From Squalus acanthias (lineage: Eukaryota), in NCBI GenBank assembly GCA_030390025.1, contig CM059432.1:28212001-28276000 (forward strand): a DNA stretch of 64,000 nt, given 5' to 3'. Position numbers and translations under genes: made by a program. The notes beneath the pieces are model-generated. The model worked only from the letters and a program-made list of their open reading frames with translations, was not told the DNA's origin and did no database searches. Positions 11,901-23,608 of this stretch are shown piece by piece. Position 1 is the stretch's first letter. The number at the start of each line of letters is the position of its first letter.

Positions 11901-13379
11901 GCAGCAGCTCTAAGTCTGCTGAGAGAGAGAGAGAGAGAGAGAGACCTGTGCCCCAAGTCATCAGGTCTGCCAAGTGACATAAAGCATTGGCCTGCTCTAA
12001 CAACCTCTCAACCTTCTCTTCTCCAGTGAGAACATGCCCAATTTACATGTTCTTGATATGGTTAACACAGATACTCATTAAGCACCACAGACCAGACGCT
12101 ATTGCTTGAGGAAAAACGACAGTGCTAAATTTGAAAATCAGCCTGGTAATCCATCACTAGACGGTGGTTTGGCTTTTTAAACAGTTCTTTATGAAATGTT
12201 TTTGTAAAGTATGAATTATTTCCTCTGAAATCAAAACAGACAACTTCAATACATTAGCTGGAACTGAGAATGGAGAACTAGAGGCCATGAGAACAAAATT
12301 AAGCAACTGCAAATTCGAAGGAATTTACGTCCCCCCTGTACATAGAATCAGATATGTGAAATAGACTCAGGAAGGCAAGTACAGGACTCTTCAGACAAGG
12401 CGTGGTCAAAACTTGGCACGGTATCCAGGGAAGGAATGAATGGCCTACATCACATGTACAGTTTGTGTGTATGGCTCTTTAGTCTGGAGGCAGAGCCAAT
12501 ATGAGATGAGATCTGTTCGGGCGCAGAGATCGATGGATGGGCGTAAAAGAGCAAGGAAATTCGAGGGTGGGGTAATCACGTGTGTAACAGACTTGCGCCC
12601 GAGTTTTACTTTGGGTATTTGTACACGCCCTGATTATACATGTCTCTGGGGGCAGATGCACAGGGGTGTCGATTATATAATCCATGCTAGTGGATCTCCC
12701 TTGGTGCTGCTCACAGGTAGTTCAGGTCTGCGGTGCAGTTTCTGATTTTTACCACAGCCCTGCTGTGAGGTCCCAGAAATGTTCCGATCTGAAGCAGCCT
12801 CCTCACTGTGGCCCTGACTGAGACACTGGCGATGAAAAAGAAGACTGACGGAAGTTCACGACAGACACTGCAGTAAATGTGCATAATGGGACAGCCTCCT
12901 TCGGGGCATCCGCAGTTTTATGTGCTATTTGTAAATGACCAATCATGTCCCGTGCAGTTTTTTGAACAGTGCAGTCTCCAAGGAGAATCTTTTTCCTGAA
13001 TATCAAATAAATGAAAGAGAGCCCCTAGCAACGCTCCACAAATAATTATAATCTGAGATTTGGCTAAAGTTGCAACGCACTGAGAATAAATGAATAAAGT
13101 CGGGCTGAGCAACACAGCTGAAACATCTCCGAACTGCCAAGTGACCCCACTACGCCTGTTGTGCCTTATCCAATTGCGTTCTGAGTTGTTGAGACATGGC
13201 GTCACTTCTTCGCACTCTGTCATGTCAAATCCCCACACGCACTTTCCAGCAAGAGTTACTGGATAATGGCCAGGTGTGAGAACTCCTACTGATTTTATCT
13301 TTCCCCCTTCTTAGCCTAAAGCCAGGTTAAGAATTGTAGCACTCCCGTCACCTCAGATGAGCTCAGCCACCTCAGTATA

Positions 13380-13775
13380 AATAGAATTACATAGAAATTA
13401 AATAGAATTACATACAATTACATACAGTGACAGAATTATATTACATTACATACAATTTCAACATAGAAATAGGTCTTTTGGCTCAATGAGTCTATGTCGG
13501 TGTTTATCCTCACGCAAGCAATTGTCCTAATCCCACGTGCCCACCCTGTTCCATATCCCGTTATTCCCTTTTCCTTCAACAACCTATTCATAGACGTTGA
13601 CAATCAATAACGCTGATAGTGCATTCCACAGCCTCACAACACTCGATGTAAAAAGGTTTCTCCTGCTCTCTGTCCTAAATCGCTTACAGTTAATCTTGTA
13701 TTTATGTTCCCTCATTCTAGACCCCTCAACTGCTGGACGCAGTCCATTTCTATGTATTGCAACCCATCCCTTCAC
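13380..13775 (-). mobile_element. Old CR1 3' end with expanded tail repeats
   Basis: ORF 13584..13784 (SRMREHKYKI..FRTESRRNLFTSSVVRLWNAL) and (atagaattac)-like tail. Confidence 0.75.
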
Positions 13776-13894
13776 AAAGACCAATTATCAATTGTGGGAC
13801 CATCCTGATCTGCATGCTATTTAACTATTGTGAGTGTTCCCTTTATTCTAAAACCCATACTCTAATCTCTGTAAAGCAACATCGGGTGACTCAC

Positions 13895-14074
13895 CCTTCT
13901 TCCTGTACAGTACTTGTGGTTCCTCAGGTAGGACAAGGCTGCAGTTCATTGCAGGAGACTCAGGGTCACTACTAGGTTGGCAAAGCTGCGTGTCCGGGTA
14001 CAGCACACATTCATAATGCAGGGCCCTGCTGTCCCGTAAAGATGCCACCTTGCAAAATTTCTCCTCTGTACAAC
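13895..14074 (-). CDS. TG: Thyroglobulin exon (approx. human exon 31)
   Basis: Acceptor ttttcttttcag, donor gtgagt, 180 nt. CTEEKFCKVASLRDSRALHYECVLYPDTQLCQPSSDPESPAMNCSLVLPEEPQVLYRKK vs human CVQEHSFCQLAEI..CTLYPEAQVC..CRLILPQMPKALFRKK. The next exon was not found in the window. Confidence 0.93.
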
Positions 14075-14257
14075 CTGAAAAGAAAATGGAGAAACCAGCT
14101 CAGTGATCAATAAAAAGAACCGGTGAACTCTATTCCATTTCAATTGGGCCAGTTTGGGCACTCCTTAGTTCAAAGCGGGGCAAACGTGAGCCTGGTTACT
14201 TTGAGTGTAATGCTCCACATTTCCTGCCCCCCGGAAGAGTTGGAACTTGAGCTAAGG

Positions 14258-14540
14258 TGTCAGCTGTGACTCAGTGGGTAGCGCATTGGCCTCTGAGTCA
14301 AAAGGTTGTGGAGTTTTCCCTGGAGTCCTGGCCAATATTTATTGCTCAACCAACATCACAGATAAACTGATTATCTGGTCATTATCGCAGTGCTGATTGT
14401 GGGATCTTGCTGTGAGCAAACTGGCTGCTGTGTTTCCTACATTACAAAAGTGATTAGACTTCAAGGGTACGTCATTGGCTGTAAAGTGCTTTGGGACAAC
14501 CTGATGTTGTGAAAGATTCTATATAAGTACAAGTTCTTTT
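14258..14540 (+). mobile_element. Internally deleted DeuSINE copy in the 584-bp TG intron
   Basis: Head and 3' half match 7495-7955; the central core is missing. Confidence 0.8.
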
Positions 14541-14658
14541 TAAAGTTCTTTCCTTAACATTGGTGGTTCCGGACCAAAATTTCAGCTTTAAAATCAGGGA
14601 TTAAGACACAAAATTGATTTAAAATAAATAAGCGATAGATCTAAACTGGATTACTTAC

Positions 14659-14796
14659 GTGCCAGGCACCACAGCTCGGCCTGTGCAGTTGGAAACTGAT
14701 GTTTGAAGAGCTGGTAACGTTGGTTCGGAACAGACTGGTTCAGATCTACTCGGACAAGCCTGGAGTCCAGTCGTGTGAAAAGTTCCCTAGTGGTTT
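14659..14796 (-). CDS. TG: Thyroglobulin exon (approx. human exon 30, also 138 nt)
   Basis: Acceptor ctctgtgttgattag, donor gtaagt. ETTRELFTRLDSRLVRVDLNQSVPNQRYQLFKHQFPTAQAELWCLAR vs human LTTELFSPVD..NQSLSSQKHWLFKHLFSAQQANLWCLSR. Confidence 0.93.
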
Positions 14797-14890
14797 CTAA
14801 TCAACACAGAGAGCAAGTTTTAAATCCACATTGACCCCTAAACCCATCATCTAAAGCTTTCACATATTAACGACTACCATCTTTTTCATG

Positions 14891-16122
14891 CATAGAATCA
14901 TAGAATCATAGAAAGTTACAGCACGGAAGGAGGCCATTTCGGCCCATCGTGTCTGCGCCGGCCAACAAAGAGCTATCCAGCCTAATCCTACTTCCCAGCT
15001 CTTGGTCCGTAGCCCTGCAGGTTACAGCATCCCAAGTGCACATCCAAGTACTTTTTAAATGTGGTTAGGGTTCCTGCCTCTACCACCCTTTCAGGCAGTG
15101 AGTTCCAGACCCCCACAACCCTCTGGGTGAAGAAAGTTCCCCTCAAATCCCATCTAAACTTTCCCTCAATTACATTAAATCTGTGCCCCCTGGTTTTTGA
15201 CTCCTCTGCTAAGGGAAATAGGTCCTTTCTATCCACTTTATCTATGCCCCTCATAATTTTATACACCTCAATAAGGTCTCCCCTCAGCCTCCTCTGTTCC
15301 AAGAAAAACAGACCCAGCTTATCCAGTCTTTACTCATAGCTAAGATTCTCTACGCCCGGCAACATCCTTGTAAATCTCCTCTGTAGCCTCTCTAGTGCAA
15401 TCACATCTTTCCTGTAATGTGGTGACCAGAACTGCACGCAGTACTCTAGCTGAGGCCTAACTAGTGTTCTATACAGTTGAAGCATAACCCCCCTGCTCTT
15501 GTATTCTATGCCACGGCTAATAAAGGCAAGCATTCCATATGCCTTCTTAACCACCTTGGCCTGCTACCTTCAGGGATCTGTGGACATGCACTCCAAGGTC
15601 CCTTTGTTCCTCTACACTACTCAGTGTCCTACCATTTAATGTGTATTCCCTTTCCTTGTTATCCCTCCCCAAATGCATTACCTCACACTTCTCCGGATTG
15701 AATTCCATTTGCCACTGTTCTGCCCACCTGACCAATTTATTGATATCTTCCTGCAGTCTACAGCTTCCTTCTTCAGTATCAACCACACAGCCGATTTTAG
15801 TATCATCTGCAAACTTCTTAATCATACCATATTCAAGTCAAGATCGTTGATAGATACCACAAAAAGCAAGGGACCTAGTACTGAGCCCTGCAGAACCCCA
15901 CTGTAAACAGCCTTCCAGTCACAAAAAACACCCATCAACCATTACCCTCTGCTTCCTATCTCCGAGCCAGTTTTGAATCCAACTTGACACTTTGCCCTGG
16001 ATCCCATGGGCTTTTAACTTCGTGACCAGTCTGCCATGTGGAACCTTATCAAAAGCCTTGCTAAAGTCCATATACACTACATCAAACGCACTACCCTCAT
16101 CTACCCTCTTTGTTATCTCCTC
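14891..16122 (-). mobile_element. 5'-truncated, frameshifted CR1 LINE
   Basis: ORFs 14988..15302, 15330..15554, 15547..15825 and 15919..16188 carry MDFSKAFDKVPH, FADDTK and RRLRGDLIEVYK. (CATAGAAT)n tail. Confidence 0.93.
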
Positions 16123-16339
16123 TGTGTATCTGAAAGTATCTGGGCCAGAACAAGGACCTCCGCGTTTCCGGGTTTCCCTCCCACCCATAACCGCGCTCCC
16201 CCGCTCCCTCCCACCTCCCGTAAATATTGGGGCCTCTTTGTCAGTTATTCCAGTGAAGATATTAACTGATTTAAAATAAACAGGTTAACTCCTTTCCTAA
16301 AATAGCAAACAAAAGAACATGTAGTCATTTAAGATCCAA

Positions 16340-16628
16340 TGGAAGTTTTCAAAATTATGAGCGACTTGGATAAGGTAAATGGGGAAAATTTATTTCAACT
16401 GGTTGGTGAGTCAATAACTAGAGGGCATGAAATTAAGATGATCAAAAGAATGAAGGGAAAGGTTAAGAGAATTTTTTCTTACGCAGATGTTTGGTAGGTC
16501 CCAGCAGAAACAGGCAGCAAAACCTTTGAAAGGGAGGTGGATAAATATTTGAAAAAGAAAAACTTAAAATGTATGGAGAAAGGTCAGGTGAATGGGACTC
16601 AGTGGATAACTCTTTCAGAGAACCAGCA
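16340..16628 (+). mobile_element. Degraded CR1 3' fragment
   Basis: gaagttttcaaaattatgag..actagagggcatgaaattaag..aatttttt motifs. Confidence 0.6.
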
Positions 16629-16629
16629 C

Positions 16630-17457
16630 AACAACAACAGGAGTATTATAAGACAAAGAATTTGACACCGAGCCATATAAAGAGAAATTAGGGCAGATGA
16701 CCAAAAGCTTGGTCAAAGAGGTAGGTTTTAAGGAGCGTCTTAAAGGAGGAAAGAGAGGTAGAGAGGCGGAGAGGTTTAGGCAGGGAATTCCAGAGCTTAG
16801 GGCCTAGGCAATAGAAGGCACAGCCACCAATGGTTGAGCAATTATAATCAGGGATGCTCAAGAGGGCAGAATTAGAGGAGCGCAGATATCTGGGGGAGTT
16901 GTGGGGCTGGAGGAGATTACAGAGATAGGGAGGGGCGAGGCCATGGAGGGATTTGAAAACAAGGATGAGAATTTTGAAATCGAGGCGTTGCTTAACCGGG
17001 TGCCAATGTAGGTCAGTGAGCATAGGGGTGATGGGTGAACGGGACTTGGTGCGAGCAGAGTTTTGGTTGACCTCAAGTTTACGTAGGGTAGAACGTGGGA
17101 AGTCAGCCAGGGGTGCATTGGAACAGTGAAGTCTAGAGGTAACAAAGGCATGGATGAGGAAGCTCATTTCAGGGTCAAATATGACACCAAGGTTGTGAAA
17201 AGTGTGGTTCAGCCTCAGACAGATGTTAAGGAGAGGGATGGAGTCAATGGCTAGGATACGGAGTTTGTGGTGGGGACCGAAAACAATGGCCTCGGTCTTC
17301 CCAATATTTAATTGGAGAAAATTTTTGCTCATCCAGAACTGGATGTCGGACAAGCAGTCTGACAATTTAGAGACCGTGGAGGGGTTGAGAGAAGTGGTGG
17401 TGAGGTAGAGCTGGGTATCGTCAGTGTGGAAACTGACAATGTGTTTTCGGATGATGC
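16630..17457 (-). mobile_element. L2-clade LINE 3' fragment
   Basis: ORF 16688..17467: DDTQLY, WMSKNFLQLNIGKTE, LIHAFVTSRL, PITPMLTDLHW, FKTLLKTYLFDQAF. Confidence 0.9.
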
Positions 17458-17679
17458 ACAGGCACAATGGGCCAAATGGCCTTCTTGTGTGGTGTTAATG
17501 TGCAGCTCCCACAGTCTCTGCTAAATCGATACAAGGAATGGCAAATCAAAATGAACCTGCAAAGTGCTGCTCAGTACCCAAAACTCCTTCACACAACGTT
17601 GAATCTCTCCAGAAGTCTCTCCCTCTCTCTCTCAGAATGCGTTGTTCAAAAATGCCACCAACAATAAAAGACAGGAAGA

Positions 17680-18003
17680 GGCCCCCTTTAAATAGCGCCC
17701 CCCCCAGCCCCACAGCGATTGATAGCGTTCCAGTCTTCTGGTCGTTGGATGCGCCAGGCGGTAAGGCAGGGGGCGCCACTCAATTTCCGCTCCGGGGCGC
17801 CACAAGGGTGTTGCACCATGGAATGTCGTCACAATCTGCGCGCGCAGGTGGTCGCAGCGGTAAAGTTTAGTGCCGCCGCACAATGTCTAGTTTAGTTCCC
17901 AAGCGGCGCAAACATCGCTGCGCCCGGGCGTTAGCGGCTTTGCGCCCCATTAGCGCCCTCTTAAGGCGCTAACGGGAGGCGCAACCAACTGAATTTTTAC
18001 CCC
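17680..18003. mobile_element. CpG-rich terminal fragment of a Harbinger-like DNA element
   Basis: Repeated gcgcc motifs ending gaatttttacccc. Only one terminus is visible. Confidence 0.5.
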
Positions 18004-18789
18004 TATGACTCCCACGTGAATCCATTAAGCGTTTGTATGCAATCATTACACAGAACAATTTCCAGGCCATAGAATCTGTAATAAAAGGCCACTATGGTAG
18101 GGCAACAAGCTGAAGCACTCGAATCCTCTCCTTGATCCAATGCACTGATGATTTCAACCATGTGAGGAGGCACCTAGTAGACCCCAAGTGCCCCCTCACC
18201 GGGAGGCAAGGAAAGCAAGATGGAGACTTCCTGGCATCTGGCTTCAGGCTGGCTTTACTGAAAACCTGCATGTTCTGTCTGCCGGTTGTGGAATGTGGAC
18301 AGGAAGAGAAGGAAAACAGGATAAATATTACAGGGTAAGTCACTTGCACAAGTGATGAAAAAAAAGATAGAACGGCTATTGAAAAGGAATAAAAAGAAAA
18401 AGAAATGCAATACTTTTTAACTTTTAAAAAATCTCCTACCTTGCTCCGTGATCGACTGTACTAGGCAAGGCAGTCCTTTAAATTTTAACCCCTTCTATCT
18501 TAACAACACATGAGACCCAGACTCACTGAGACCTTACTGGCAGGAAATAGGGCATATTACATATTCCCGTCATTAACGTGTCATTTAAATATGGCTGCCC
18601 ATGTTTGGATGGACCTATTCAATGTCCACCATTATTTTGTGTGGGAAATCCAAGAGCGTGGGTAACTCTTCACTGCCCTCTGAAGTGGCCTAGCAAATCA
18701 CTCAGTTGTACCAAACCTCTCAGAGAAATTAGGGATGGACAATAAATGCCGACCTTGCCAGTAACGCACAAATCCCAGGAATGAATAGG

Positions 18790-18940
18790 AAAATAGGAAC
18801 AGGATTCTGCCCCTCGAGCCTGCTCCACCATTCAATTAGATCATGGCTGATCTATACATCAACTCCATTTACTCGCCTTTGCACCATATCCTTACCTAAC
18901 AAAAATCATCGATCTCAGTCTTGAAAACTCTAATTGCCCC
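18790..18940 (-). mobile_element. CR1 3' terminal remnant
   Basis: gcccctcgagcctgctccaccattcaattagatcatggctgatct matches 1261-1305. Confidence 0.75.
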
Positions 18941-19087
18941 ACCTACCATCTGAAATTATGCATAAATATTCAACATTTGCTAGTGCACATCATAGTTTGT
19001 ACATAGACACTTAATACAACATTGTTCTTGGAGAATGCAAGATCTGTAAAAACAGCTATAAACAGCCCTCTTGTGTCTCAGCATTAC

Positions 19088-19171
19088 CTGGTGGATCTGG
19101 GGCCTGTTGATCCTGGGGAACTTTTCCAGCACACTCAGGGGTTGACTTCTGCCGTGTGTTCACGTTGGAAT
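19088..19171 (-). CDS. TG: Thyroglobulin exon (approx. human exon 29)
   Basis: Acceptor attattttcag, donor gtaatg, 84 nt. DSNVNTRQKSTPECAGKVPQDQQAPDPP vs human DSDMGSRPESMGCRKD.., with the single Cys conserved and the frame preserved. Confidence 0.85.
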
Positions 19172-20386
19172 CTGAAAATAATTTGGAACAATAACTTTGG
19201 ATCAAATTTCAGCCAGTGTTGCTAGTGTCGGATTTCTGAGATAAACCTGCCTATAAGAATAGTGCTTGGGCCGGAAACCCAAGTGATATGGTGTGAAGGA
19301 GCGTCCGACTCTGAGTGTCAGTGTGTTTTATCAACCTTGCGCCGTTATGGTCAACAGTGATACTCCACATGCATCCCATTCTTGGAACAGACAAATCGCT
19401 ATGCATGGTTTCGCTGAGAAACCATCGATTTGCAATTTATGGCCTTGAGTTCAAAGTCAGTGCTAAGCCCTGAATTTCAAAACTCGGACAACCTGTTGAG
19501 ATCAGGCCTGGTCTTCATAGGAGAGAAAAATGAGAAGTCACACAACACCAGGTTATAGTCCAACAGATTTATTTAATTAGGAGAGGGTAGTTCATCTCTA
19601 TTATTCATTCTATAACAATTGTTTGCATTCTGGGAATTCTAGGGTAAAAGATCTTCAGATCAGGATATGGGTCCCATCCTGAGGGCCCTGCATTTGGGAA
19701 CAAAACATATAGCGCTGTCAGTTCTAAATAACACTGGCTAAACTGACGTTTTAATGAATGAACAATCAGATGCGGGGGGCGGAGGGAGGGCACTGACCTC
19801 CACATATGAATTCCCGATATGTATTTGCATCATGTGATACTCTGCACCGGGAATACTGGTTCATGCGCATCTAACCCTTAGTGAGAATGAATCAAGGTTT
19901 AGCAGCCATTCTTTCTCAGCTCACTAAGAGATCAATACTAGTTCAAATAAAAATTGGCTGACCTAAATGATTAATGTATGTGTGGTGCTGAGGCATGCAG
20001 ACCAGAAAGGCCGTAGGTTCTATACCCGGTCCGTGCTAACTTAGCTCCTTCCAGGCAGTATGGTGCTGGGGGAGCTATCATTATTTTTCATTGCCACAAA
20101 GGGAGGGAAGGAGGGGAGGATCACAAAGAGACTGGGAGGCGATGCCTGCCACAGTGGAATAGACTTCCATCACTTACTGTCAAGGCTCCCACAAGAAGAA
20201 TGGTCACTTGAGCAAGGTACCAGAGAACTGCTGGCATCCTGAAACCGTATCCAACATGAGATGCGGAAGGGGTAGAAGTCTGGGACGGGGGTGGGGAGGA
20301 GGGGGTGGAAAGGATCAAACAAAATGAGCAATAACAATAAATTTAAAGCAATAATATGGTAAAGTACAGCAGAATATAAAGCTCAC

Positions 20387-20506
20387 CCTGCCAGAGATAA
20401 ATCTGCTGGAAACGGTTAAACGATCTCTGAATTTCCTCCTTCATGTCTGGAGTCAGTTCTGTCGAGTACTCAGCATCCACAAAGTTCTTTGATAAGAGCG
20501 CATAAG
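20387..20506 (-). CDS. TG: Thyroglobulin exon (approx. human exon 28)
   Basis: Acceptor ttatttccgtacag, donor gtgagc, 120 nt, in frame. TYALLSKNFVDAEYSTELTPDMKEEIQRSFNRFQQIYLWQ; the end matches human FTNFQQVYLWK. Confidence 0.88.
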
Positions 20507-21300
20507 CTGTACGGAAATAAAATATCTTAGTTTATTTCAAGTTATCTTTCCTTTGACAGTAATCTGTTCTTTCACGTGATGAGTGCTCATTTTGAAAGTT
20601 ATAAGCGTTTCCTTGTGCACGAGAGAGGAAGAAAATAATCTTTCGGTGTACAGGACAGGAAACAGACATGCACAAGCACAGTGAGGGAGATAAGAGGTTA
20701 GGGAGCAAGGAACTTGAGCATTTTCTGCAGCATTCTTACTGTACTGATACAACCCGCTGTGTTTGAATAAATGAAAGATTGTTGGATCACCCACGTTCTA
20801 TCAACTTATCAGAACGACATGAACAGGTGATGATAGGTTAATAGGGTTTGGTAATGAGCCATCTTTTGAACTGCCTTTCTTCTCGTTCTCTTTCCCTCTC
20901 TGTTTTATCAATATTATGGACAATGCTCTCTGAACTTCCTTCCTGTGTTCCTCCTAAGTTTCATTATAACCACTCTTCCTCCTCCTTCCATCATTCACTT
21001 TTTTTTAAAGTCAAAACTCACTGGCTACTCATTTCAACTCATTTGTTTTTACCCCGGGATCTTAAAACTCCAGGACTCCTTACCACCCTCAGTGTTCCTT
21101 CTGCAAGCTAGGCTTTTTGAAGTCCATGCTTGGAGTTATTTCTTGATTTACCTCATCTTCTCTTCTACTCTTTTCAACATTGGTAGTAATGCAGAATATA
21201 GAGCTGGTGAAGAACCTATCGGATATAGGCTAGCCTATAGGAAACAGAAATAACTAAACCATCTTAACCTTATCTTCAGAAGCCTCCTACTACCCCAGTG

Positions 21301-22045
21301 TGGCCCGTAATTTCCGATGCCTATGGGTGTGTACGAGCTGTGTACACACCCGTAGGGACCTCGCAAGTGCCGGTTTCAGGAATGCGAAGCGCATGCGCTG
21401 AAAACCGGCATTTCCGATCTGTCAAGAATCCTCTTGACAGATCGCACGCCTGCCCTGGAGAAGGGCCTCTGCGGGTGGAGAGTTCCGCTTTCTGCAGAAC
21501 CTTCACCCGCTGAAAACCCTTAAAAATCTTACGCCTGGTAAAAGCCTGCTTTTACCAGCATAAGAGTTTAAAAAAAGTTTATAAAATAATTTCTTTTCAC
21601 TCATTTATAATTTAAAAATACTTTTAAAAAAGGTAAGTTTATTTTTAGCCCTGTAAAAAACTTTAATTATTTTTTTCAAAAAATTAAATTTTTGTTTAAA
21701 ACATTTAATTTAATGTAATTTTAACTCATTTTAAAAACGAGATGGTTTAAAAAAAATTTATTTAATGTTTTGATGTCTTTTTTCAGTGATCCCCATTCAT
21801 ACTTTTGACAGGTCTACCTGACAAAAGTGTGATGGGGGATTCCCTTCTCCCATTGGCTCGCCTGGCCCACGTAATCCCAGGGACGCTTGCGAACTGCCTG
21901 CGCCCCTGGGATATCTGGGCCTCTGCGCGTGCGCACCAGGAGAGGCCCAGGATCGGAAATGGCCGGACATCGGGTAAGGGCGTAGATTTTTTTCCGATAG
22001 GAGGCATCTGCAAGCAAGAAGCCTCCTATCGGAAATTACGGGCCA
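21301..22045. mobile_element. Harbinger-like MITE with perfect 18-bp TIR
   Basis: tggcccgtaatttccgat / atcggaaattacgggcca. GC-rich arms with an AT-rich centre. Related to 27430-28055. Confidence 0.88.
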
Positions 22046-22253
22046 GTATGTTATTTCTATTTCCCATGCCAGTTATCGTCGTAGCCTCTCTGAGATTGCC
22101 AATTTAATGCAAGTAGTTTTGTACCATTGAATTGTTCTCACTAGAATTGGGTTGAATCTTCAGTACCGCGTTTCACTTAGAAGCACGTTAAGACTTGTAA
22201 GTGGTGTACACTAATTCATTCGTTACCAGGAGCTCAAAATCATGAAATTCCTT

Positions 22254-22760
22254 GGGGGAGAAATTCAGCTCACGGCTGCCAATTTTGTACCTGAAAAACA
22301 GGTGGCCTGCAGTTGAAAATCAGGTTGTGGGCTTCTCAGGCCGCCCCACTGACGGCCATGCTTGCCCGTAAATGAATGAGCAGCACGCCTGCCTGAAACG
22401 GGCGCAAGACTGCTTAAATGTGCAAAGTAGAGTTCCATGTAAGTTGTAGGACCCCGATTGCAAAATTCTGGTACAAATGGGTGTTGAACCAGGCGGGAAG
22501 GGACCACTGGAGGCTGCTCAAAAAACAGGCCCAGGAAATTTTCCGTTTTTATTTTTGTGGAGTCAGGAGAAGCAGGCGCGTTCCTCTTGGGCCCGCGAAG
22601 AAACTGTGGCCCGCTGCCGGAGCGTTCGAGGCCCTACCTGGTCCAGTGTGGGAGCCAGATGATTTCTCGCCCTCTCCGACCAGCGAGCTACAGCGGGGTG
22701 CCCATTTGGTGCCCCCAGCAGGCTGGCGGCATTTGGTTCGGGCCAAATTTAGCTTGGGCC
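22254..22760. mobile_element. GC-rich MITE-like element
   Basis: Begins gggggagaaattc and ends near gccaaatttagc. Architecture resembles neighbouring MITEs; termini are degenerate. Confidence 0.5.
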
Positions 22761-22949
22761 TCTGGCTAGCACGAACCAGCACAAGGCGAGCCCGTTCTGG
22801 GCACTTTGATTTTCTTGGCGCTATCTGCCTCAGCCTTCCCTTCCTCCTACAGTCTACACCCTTTTAAATCCCATGCTGTATTCAACTAACCACTACTCAT
22901 TGATTTACCCCATCTTCCCTCTTTCATCATGTACTATGTCCTTGGCCCT

Positions 22950-23047
22950 TGGCGGGTAAATGGAGTTGAAGTACAGATCTGCCATGATCTAATTGAATTG
23001 TGGAGCAGGCTCAAGGGGCTGTATGGCTTACTCCTGTTCTTATGTTC
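22950..23047 (+). mobile_element. CR1 3' terminal remnant
   Basis: cagatctgccatgatctaattgaattgtggagcaggctcaagggg..ctcctgttcttatgttc. Confidence 0.7.
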
Positions 23048-23608
23048 AACTATATTTCTCAAAAATGCCATCAGGCTGGATAGGATCTGAACATAGGTTC
23101 TAGGTGTGCCTACCCCCCGTATCACCCAGCCTCGCCAACAAAGAATGAAGTTTAAACATCTGAGGTAAGCCAACCCTTTAGCAGCGCTGGGAGCAGAAGC
23201 TAGTGTTGATGTTGAAAAATCACAGCCCTATGAGGCATTGCTGGCCCAAAGCCTGGAGATCTCAGGGGTCGATACCCGGTCAAAGAGAAACACGACAAAG
23301 AATCGGGTCTGTATGTTGCGATGAATGGCATGGCTCCAGCTTTAAAAATTAAATTGTTGCCACAATATTTTAACATCAAACTGAGCATTCTCTTCAATGT
23401 AAAAACAATGAATTTGATCTACATGTTGTGGAGAGGCATTATTCATGGATGTTTATTATCTTACTGATGGTTACAAACATTTGTTTAATTGAATGTCAGT
23501 AAATTTACTGGACGTTACGCAGGACTTATTATTAATATAAATCCAGCAAAGCCACAGAGATCGTTCACATTCTCTGAGAGAGGGTCACCAGAGTAGACTA
23601 ATTATACT

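Noticed and set aside
12803..12995. Candidate next TG exon behind a good acceptor (ttgatattcag)
   Set aside because: The phase-1 join gives GKRFSLETALFKKLHGT then a stop. It does not match the expected V..VKNFY.. exon, which probably lies left of the window. A minor alternative terminal exon cannot be excluded.
1..13894. Nested SLA gene, known to lie antisense within a TG intron
   Set aside because: No SH3/SH2-like coding seen. In mammals SLA sits in a much later TG intron, outside this window.
17680..18003. CpG island or internal promoter
   Set aside because: Short and bounded by a transposon-type terminus, so better explained as a TE fragment.
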